Assembly (NCBI GenBank): GCA_020058285.1
Contig: JAGVEL010000017.1
Coordinates: 2,027 to 66,026 of the forward strand
DNA: 64,000 bases
Direction: 5' to 3'
DNA from: Candidatus Omnitrophota bacterium
Lineage (GTDB): Bacteria > Omnitrophota > Gorgyraeia > JAHJTE01
Part shown: piece after piece, positions 53,201 to 62,200 of the stretch
How positions within the stretch are numbered: position 1 is the stretch's first letter
Layout of the letters: the number at the start of each line of letters is the position of its first letter
The notes under the pieces: model-generated
Databases searched by the model: none
Told to the model about the DNA's origin: nothing
Seen by the model: only the letters and a program-made list of their open reading frames with translations
Program-made: the position numbers and the translations under genes

Positions 53201-56200
53201 TTAGTTTCTTTTTCTGGATAACCGATTGGCGAAGAAGAAGTTTTGGTGGGCGTTGATGGCAAACCTTTTTCTTTTAAAATCTCTGTAATCTCACCATCAG
53301 CCGGCAACCTCTTGTTGCCATTTATCCTGATAAGCTTGCCTTGTTCGTTAAATTCCTCAAGTTCAGGAATAACAACATCACAAAGCGTTTTTGCTCTTCT
53401 ATCAAATATGCGTTCAGCTTGACGTCTATCAGCATATCTACGCCTTTTCAGCCATCTATTTTGAGCTATTGTGCGGTTAACGGAAATATAAATTACTGCC
53501 TGGATATTAAAACCCATATAATTAATAAAACTATATAATGTTTTCAAATTGTCGCTACTGGACGGTGAGACGTCTATGATCAATCCTTTAGAAATATCTA
53601 ATAAGTTTATTCCAGATCTTACTAAAACCCAATACAAGTACTTGTCCATTACTCTACTGGGTGTTCTATGAGCCAATAAGGCCTGTCTTGCATTAACTTC
53701 TTTACGCAATAATTCTCCTGTAGAAATAAATGGAATGCCTAATTTTTTGGACAATGATTGGCCTAAAGTAGTTTTGCCTGAAGCGGGCAAACCAAAAATT
53801 AACACTACTGGCGTCTTATTGTTAAAATTTATAGTAATTACTTTTCGAAATTTATAGATTAAATAAATGATATTGGCCTTAAGACATTCCCTTGTAAAAA
53901 TCTTCGCAATTATTTTTATCCATTTATTGTTTTTGACTCTAGCAAATATTGATATAGGCGAAGAAGAAGTTTGGGCTAGGGTGTTCCCTGGGGCGGTTTT
54001 TACTATTCTAAGAAAATACGCCTGGAATATGCTCATTTCAGTAACGATATAGTCCGGGATATCTGAAGTTACAAAAATTTGTTTTTCGCCTTTTATGCTA
54101 TTAAAATGCCCGGTTATCTCATCAGTATATTCAGCGTCCACAACTAATATCTGAATCTCGCCCCCCACTTTTAATCTATCAAAAAGCGCCTGGGCAAAAT
54201 CATTACCATAAGCCTCTTGTGGCGGAAACAACCGGAAACGCTCCAATGTTTTGCCTTCGCCAAACCAGGGAGAAATAATATAAATCTTTTCTAGTTGATC
54301 ACGCCTAAATAGTTGGCTAACTAGTTCTCTGACATCGCCATAGACTATCTTTATATTCTTAATTTTTTTCTTTTCTATCCTCGTCGGCAATTTTTCACCT
54401 GCCGAAGAAAATGGAGAACCGGGCGGTTGTTCAATACCAACAAATAATTTATCCGGATTTTGCCTAGCTTGTTGCACCAAAAATTTACCCCGGCCGTAAC
54501 CTATTTCTAAAACATTGGCTTCGTAAGTACGCCAAGGTTGCCCAACTACATTTCCAGATAAGGATTCATCAGGGAGTTTTGCAATTAGAGTCTTAGATAA
54601 ACGCTGGGCCGGTTCCGGATAATTTATTGACGAAGAAGAAGTTGTGGCTTTTGAAACATCTTCTAAATCTAAGGAACTATCTTTTAATGTCCTGACCGGT
54701 TCACCCTGAATCTCTCCACCTATCCTAAAACGAGGATTATCAAGATTGACCTCGTTATGGAGTTGGGATAAATCTTGAGCATGATGTCCTATATCGTCTC
54801 TGATCGCATCTTTTGAATCATTCCAGAAAAGACACAGGGACTCTCCAGATGTCACAAACAAAGCAGCGCTGTTTGTTACTAATAGATAAGTGATTTGATT
54901 TTTGTAAAGCGGGTAGATTCTTGCCGGCAATACAAAAATCTCAGTATCTGGACATTGGCTAACCTCATTCTCTAAATCAATTAGATATTTATTATCTTCG
55001 CTATTAGACTGTAAAAATATCCTTACTCTCTCTAAACCTAAATTATTCTTAAGATAATCAATTAATGACTTTACTGCCCAATAATTTTCTTTCAGGGCGC
55101 CGATTCTTTGACTAATGTGAGTAAGGCCAGTTATTATTTCACCTTGCCTTTCTCCTTGAAAGGCAACAGCTAAACAATTCCCAAAGGGATAGGTAGCAAT
55201 TACATCCTCATCTTTTAATACACCCCAGGCCATTTCGTTGTAATATGCATAGTAGAAATCTGAGATAAATCTATGCAGGCCTTCAAGCGGCTGGAATTTT
55301 AACTCTACGCTCAAAGGAGGATCAGACTTATGGCGTTTTTCAATCTTTATCAAATGCATCCTTTCAAAGCCTTTGGACGCTTGGAAAGGAGGTTCAGCAG
55401 GACTAAATAATCTTAAGAATTGTTCATATAACGCAAACATCCCCAAAAATCCAAGCCCAGCCAACATTGGTCCATGATCCATAGTCAATGGTCCACAGTT
55501 CCCTCCTTCGCTAAAGCCTAGGAGGGCAGGTATAGAAATCAGATGCCCAAGATATGGCATAAGACACAAAATTCCAATTCCCAAAAACACCCCGCCTAGA
55601 ATCTTCCAGGGGAATTTGTTAATTAAAGCCTTAAATAAACCCCAGCCTGTTTCCGGAGAAGTAATCGGCGAAGAAGAGATTTCGGCAGGAGTGGCGCTGA
55701 TTACATTCGGGTCGTGCTCTTCGGCCCTTTCTCTTGACTTTCTAAAAAGGGCTAAAAATCCAAATCCAGCCAATGTTAGTCCCTGCCTATCCGGCAGGCA
55801 GGCGTGGTCCATGGTCAATAGATTACAGATACTAGATATAAAACAGAAAATTCCAAAACCTAAAGCTAATATTATGATAACTCTTTCAAATCTATCCTCC
55901 CGACCTTTCCTATTTACAAAATCAGGGCCTGATTTCTTTTGTTTTCTATAAACAACCCAACCACTCCTGACATATGGCAACCTCTTAGTTTTAATCTTCG
56001 GTAATTCATCCTCTCCTTTGGGCACATCCGCCAGCGTTAAATCACAGATCCAATTTTGTTGAACTATTTTTGGCTCCTTCATTCCAAATTCTTTGGCGTC
56101 GATCCCCTCCAAACCACTTAAGGCATCATCCAATATATCTGTTCTTAAATACGATTTGTGGATGAATAGATAATCGCCTATTCTCATTAATCTGATTAAG

Positions 56201-59200
56201 TGACTATAAAAGGAAACAAAGAGAGATAGTGCCGAATTATCCCCTGGAACTTTGACAATATGAACCGTTGGTTTTCTAAAGGGAAGTGTTTTTAGCTGCG
56301 AGATTTGCCTTCCTTCAAGAATGATATTCAAAGGGTTTGAAGTCTCTTTTGAAATTACATGAAATCCATGAAAATGTTCTTTTTGGAGATGAAATTGCTC
56401 TTTTACTTTTTCAATCAATTCTTTAACTCTTCCGTACAGGAAACCCCACTGACTAGGAATCTTTTCGGGAGAGCCTATGTCTCTGCTAAAGGCTGGATCC
56501 TGTAAGTAAATTTGTTCAACATCAGGAAATCGTTGACTTAACTGCCTCACTGTTTCCACATCAATACCTGAAGCCCAATAATAAATCACCTTGACTTCTT
56601 GTCCTGTTTTAGGGAATCTATTTGCTTTGGTCATCCCCAAAAATCCAAAACCAGCCATTATTAGTCCCTGGTCAACAGTCCCCGCCTTCGCTAAAGCTAC
56701 GGCGGACAGGGATAGTCCATAGTTCAAAGATATAAGATACCAGAGATAAAACGCAAGACACAAAATCCCCACTCCCAAAACCGCCCCGCCGATGATTTTT
56801 AAGATTGCAGATATATAAACAGAAAAATTATACTTAAAGTGTATACAGCTGGCTGCTAACCATCCAGCAACCCATGAAAAATACGGACTAGTCCAGCGAA
56901 ATTTCTTCTCATATCTATAATAAACTTCATCTACTTTTCTTGAAAAAGCCCGAATTGAAGCTATATCATCATCAGTTGGCTCCACCCATTCCCCTAACCC
57001 TGGATCGTACATAAGACGATGTTTACAAACAAATTGCGAAGCGGCAAATCCATCTCCGAACTCCCTATCTAGCAGTCTCTCAAATTCTTCTATGGATACT
57101 GAAAGACAATTCAAAACTATACGACCGGTAAGACGTAAACCTAACCACATCTTTGCAACCCAGGAATTATTCCGTAAGCCGACAGCGATGAATCCAAATC
57201 CAGCCAAGAGTGGTCCATAGTCGATAGTCGATGGTCTATAGTTAATATCAAACCTAGCGAGAAGTGTTCCGCTTGGATTCAAACTCAAGAACGGCAACTG
57301 ATCAAGGAAACTCGGGGTGATGAATAAGAGATATAATAGAAGTAAGCAGGCGAAGGATAAACTGATAATGGCGAGTTTTCTATTTCCAAATAAATGATGC
57401 TGATTAAAATTATTATGCTCTTGCCGGCTAAATATACCGGGCCACTTATAGATAAGCCAAAGTAAAACAAGAGCAATGGCTGATTTTGGTTCAGCGTCTG
57501 CGCAACCAGTGAGGTAAAGTGTGTGGTTTTCTAAAATATATACAGCAATATTGCTGTATATAGCTACTGTCAAAAATAATGTTACAAGCGTAAAATAATA
57601 TAAATCTAATTTCTCCCTAAGTCGGTCATTAGTAAATATTTTGGTAATATTCTCAAGCCGTTTAATCTTAAATAAGCTTAAGTAAGAAATTAATGACAAT
57701 ATAACTGCAGGAAAGCCAATGAATAAACCGATATTTCTCCAGCTTAAATGATAATCATGATTGCCTCCAAGTTCAATTAACCGCTCTTTTGCGAATTCCG
57801 GCCAAATAAGGCTGATAGATATGAGCGCGACAATCGCGCCAACAATAACTAAGTGCGCTTTTTTGGTTTTTATGATACTCCTTAGCAGATTAATCGGCTT
57901 TTCAAGATGCAATTTGTCATATAAATTCAAAAATGGCCGGCCAAGATTCAGGCCCCAAATCATAACTGCCAATGAAGGAATGTTCATAAACTGTAAGAAT
58001 GTGAAAGCTACATTGTCAGGTAATGACTGGGCTATTGGGTATTTGAATAATAAAAGCGCCTCAACAGCCAAAATATCAATTATAATTTTTAAATCAACTT
58101 TACTTTCTGTCTTAAGCAGCCTTTGTTCAAACTTTTTATACACACAGTAAACGACAAAATTCACAGCTGCGGCTGACCAAAGCCCAAAACTTCTTGCCAA
58201 ACCATACTCTCCAGTTTTTGGAAAATAATTTTCAATGCCCAGCTGCATAATTCTAAATATCCAACCGTTCACTGCGCCTATTGCTAATTCCAAAGGTATT
58301 CTTAAAATATTATATGGGGTTGGATTAGTTCTTAAATATACGGTTATGAAATCAAATATTACCGTGATGATAGCTGAACCTAGAACTATAAACGCCAGAA
58401 TATTTACATTGCTCAGCGACCAATACCAGGAAAATGCTCCGCTGAAATATAAAATGCAGCTTAAGCCAGCTAAAACAATAGCCAGCCGGGCAAGCTTGCT
58501 GTTTTTAATTTTGGTAAATATTGATATCGGCGAGGAAACAAGGATTGGGCTGGAGGCTGATCTTTTTTGCTCCAATATCTTATTTAGTGCCAAATCTAAA
58601 GGCAAGCCCTGATGAAACTCTCTCTTAAGATATAAATCTCCGCTATCAATTACCACTGCTAAGGTATTATCAGAGGATACCAGGCACTGAGGAGTACATG
58701 ACAGGCCGTATTCTAATAGTCTTGTTTTAAGAATATTTACGCTGGCTCCTTCTGCGGATAATGCTTCTAGTTCGGACGCAGATAAAAATCTACCCCCCAC
58801 AGCTTGCATCACGTAAGCCAATTCATTATTTCCAAGACTGATTATATCGCAAAATTTCGGGCCAACTCCGATAATATCTGTAAATTGAGTCAGGTAAATT
58901 GCTTTTTTTATTGAATATTCCGAGGCCTGCCCAAGCTTTTCTACCACAACCGGCTTGCCTATCCCTTTAACAAAACCTAAATATACTCCGTTGTTATTAT
59001 TGCCTCTCTCACCATCTGTAAGTAGCCTGAATTTCAAATCGCCGTCCAATGAAAGCGGCCTGGCTAATAAGTCACCTAAGGAAACAATTTTCCTGACACC
59101 GTCATCCTGCCTTAATCTATCCATAACCCATAATCTCTTGGGGTCATATTCACCTGTTACTTCTAAATCTCTGGTATTAATGATATAATCTCCGGGATTT

Positions 59201-62200
59201 TTCCTATCTAATTTGATTGCTTCCGGAGATAAGCCAAAATCAATAAATCTACGTGCTGTTTGGTCATCTTTTAAATTATAAATAAAATAAGTCAATACTA
59301 ACGGCAGGATTGAAAGAAAGGTAAGTAATAATGGACTGTGGACTGTGGACTGTGGACTGACTGTCCCGAGCAATGTCGAGGCATGGGCTGAAGAAAAGCC
59401 GATTAAGGACAAAATAGTAAATATACCAGCTACAAGCAAGAAGTTAAATCTGGGCAGAGTGCCGCTTAAAGGCGAGCTGGATTCGGATTGTTTACCGGGT
59501 TCATATAATACTTCTACTCTAGACATCCATGCAGGAAATAGCTTGCCTGGAAATAGATCCATTAAAAATGTATTTCCATCGGGTTTAGCCCGTATTAGCC
59601 GCACTCTGATATCTCTAACGACAGCTCTTACCATATTAGATGACCGGAGATTATTAACCTCATCTATATGAGCTAGATAATATCGTATGCCTTGATCTTG
59701 GAGATATCTTAGGCTGACCTTGAACAGATTATATCCGATATTATTAGAAACATGCGTTGGGCTCCTAGCGATATCACCTTCGGCAAAGTCCTCAATTCTT
59801 ATATCTGGGGACAATATAGAGCAAAGTTCGTTAAACATAAATTTTCTAAGCATCATCAAAGTACGAAGGCCTACAATATTACCTCCGTCTCTGCTACGGA
59901 CAGCCCAAGCCTTGATCATATCTCTAATTCGGTCGGTTAAATCAAAATTTATAAGGTCAAAACTTATAACGGCACGAAAGTCAGATGCCGCACTTTCAGT
60001 TGACAATCTCAGAGCTTCTTCGGCAAACCGAGAATAATCTGAAGATTCTGCTGTCACAATCTCAAATTGCTCACCGATTGAGCCAGATTGACTACCCAAT
60101 GGTGAACTCTGCATTTCATTTAAAAACTCTAATACCCCCTCAGGGCCAGGGACTTTTGTATATGTAACCTTTTTGCCTAAGGCCGCAGATAGGTTTTGTT
60201 CAAAGCCAGCATAGATTGCGCTAACTTCAGGTAAAGCCAACATACTATGGTCGTTCAAACTATCGCCGAAGATTATTGTTTTCTTTAGGGGAATATTAAG
60301 CCGCTGAATTAAACTTAAGACAGCCTCGCCTTTAAGCACAACAGCAACATCAACCACTTCCGGAGTATAAAAGATATGTAATGTTTCATCTCTAATTTTC
60401 TCGTTTAATTTCTCAGCGATTTGCTTTGCATGTACACCTAACACTGAATCGGTAATCAATAGGCTGACCACGCTGTCTCTATTATCCAGTAATTTTAACC
60501 GACCATCCTCAAAATATTTCCGTAATCTAAGCTCATCAATTACATCCATCATCTGGCTTAGTATATGTCTCCTAGCCTCAGAGTCTATGATATTGCTGTT
60601 ATTATTATCAAATGTTAACTCCCCATTTCCGTCAAAATGCCAGGAACAGCCCCCGGTATCGGTAAAAAGGTGGATTTTATGAGCGTATTTTATTCTGGTC
60701 TGCTTATCAATATACTTAACTAACAATTCATCTAAACCAGGTATGCCGTTGACATTATGCATGCTTCTGCCGGTAATAATTGCTATATCCTTGCCTAATT
60801 TTAGTAATAATAACAAAGCCAACATTGGCTTAGAAATAGCTGTCCTGAATTTTCCTAAGGTGTCATCATAATCAAATATGAACAGCTTAAATTGCGATAA
60901 TTTTAACTTGTTATTTATTAACGAGAGAACGCTCAGTAATCTCTTAAGTTGGAGTAGAATGTTGTGGCTGCTGGAATCAGATTGACTAATTAATGGCGAG
61001 CTGGGTAAATTTTTCCTCGCCGCAAGATAATACATATTGCAAAGTCCTTCCGAAACAATTACTGGCTCGTCTTGGCCTACCTCAACTCTAAATTTCATTA
61101 TGGACTCCGCCTCTAAGCCTGCCAGCCTACATTCCTTTGCAACATATTCAGGCGGAGCTCCGCGTATATGAAACCTGCCAATTAATTTTTCAGGCCACAA
61201 ATAATCTAAAATAACCACCATACCATTGTTGTTTAAGACCTGGCTGACTTTAGATAAAATCTGACTAACCTCTCTCATATTGCACATAGATTCCTGAAAA
61301 AGCACAATATCAAATTTTTCAGTATCAGTGTTAACTTCTAATACTTCGAGTAAGTCAGCGGCATTTCCAACATAAGCTTTTATCCCAGCCTCTTTAGCTA
61401 TCTGCACCATCTGCTCAGCTATATCAATACCTACAATATCGTGTCCATCTTTAACTAATTCTGCTTCAACCGGCGCCTTACCCATTCCCAGAGATAGAAT
61501 CCTGCTGGGTTTATTTTCACCAATACCATTTATTTTTTCTTTTACCCATCTTCTAAACCCGATATTAAGCGTAATATATGTTCCTAAAATTGCCCATCTA
61601 AAACCAGACTTATCATAAACTAAATCCATCTGGTATTTATAAGCATTCTCAATTGCCTGTTCTGAGTCTGTTGTTCCAAGCAAAGCATTGATAAAATCCT
61701 GATTAAATCTAAACAATAATTGCCCGGTTACGCCAGCGACTTCAACTAATAACGAAAAATTTAAACGCTCTGGGTTATAAAAGTCTCTTATATAAGCATC
61801 TAAAAAGATTAAAAATCTGATTAATTCTTCTTCGGACATGGGGCAACGCCTGATTGCAAACATATTTATTTTTAATATTACTAATGTCTTATTATCTAAC
61901 TTATGAAACGGCTCGCTTTTTAAAATTTCTTCACAAAGATTATTTTCGCCATGCAAAACATTCCAACTATCTATATAAGAGTTATCCAATAAATATAAAA
62001 GTTGCGTTAGTAAGGTGTTTTTGTTTTGCGCTAAGTCAACTACGTTTATCGGCGAAGAAGAAATGAGCAGAGTTTTTGTTTTAGGGGTATTTTCAGGTTG
62101 TAATTGTTGTTTCAGTGCACTAGGTTTCGGGTAAGTGACTTGGATTGGTGATGAGGAAAGGAAGGAATTTTGACTATAGACTATTGACCATGGACTATTG

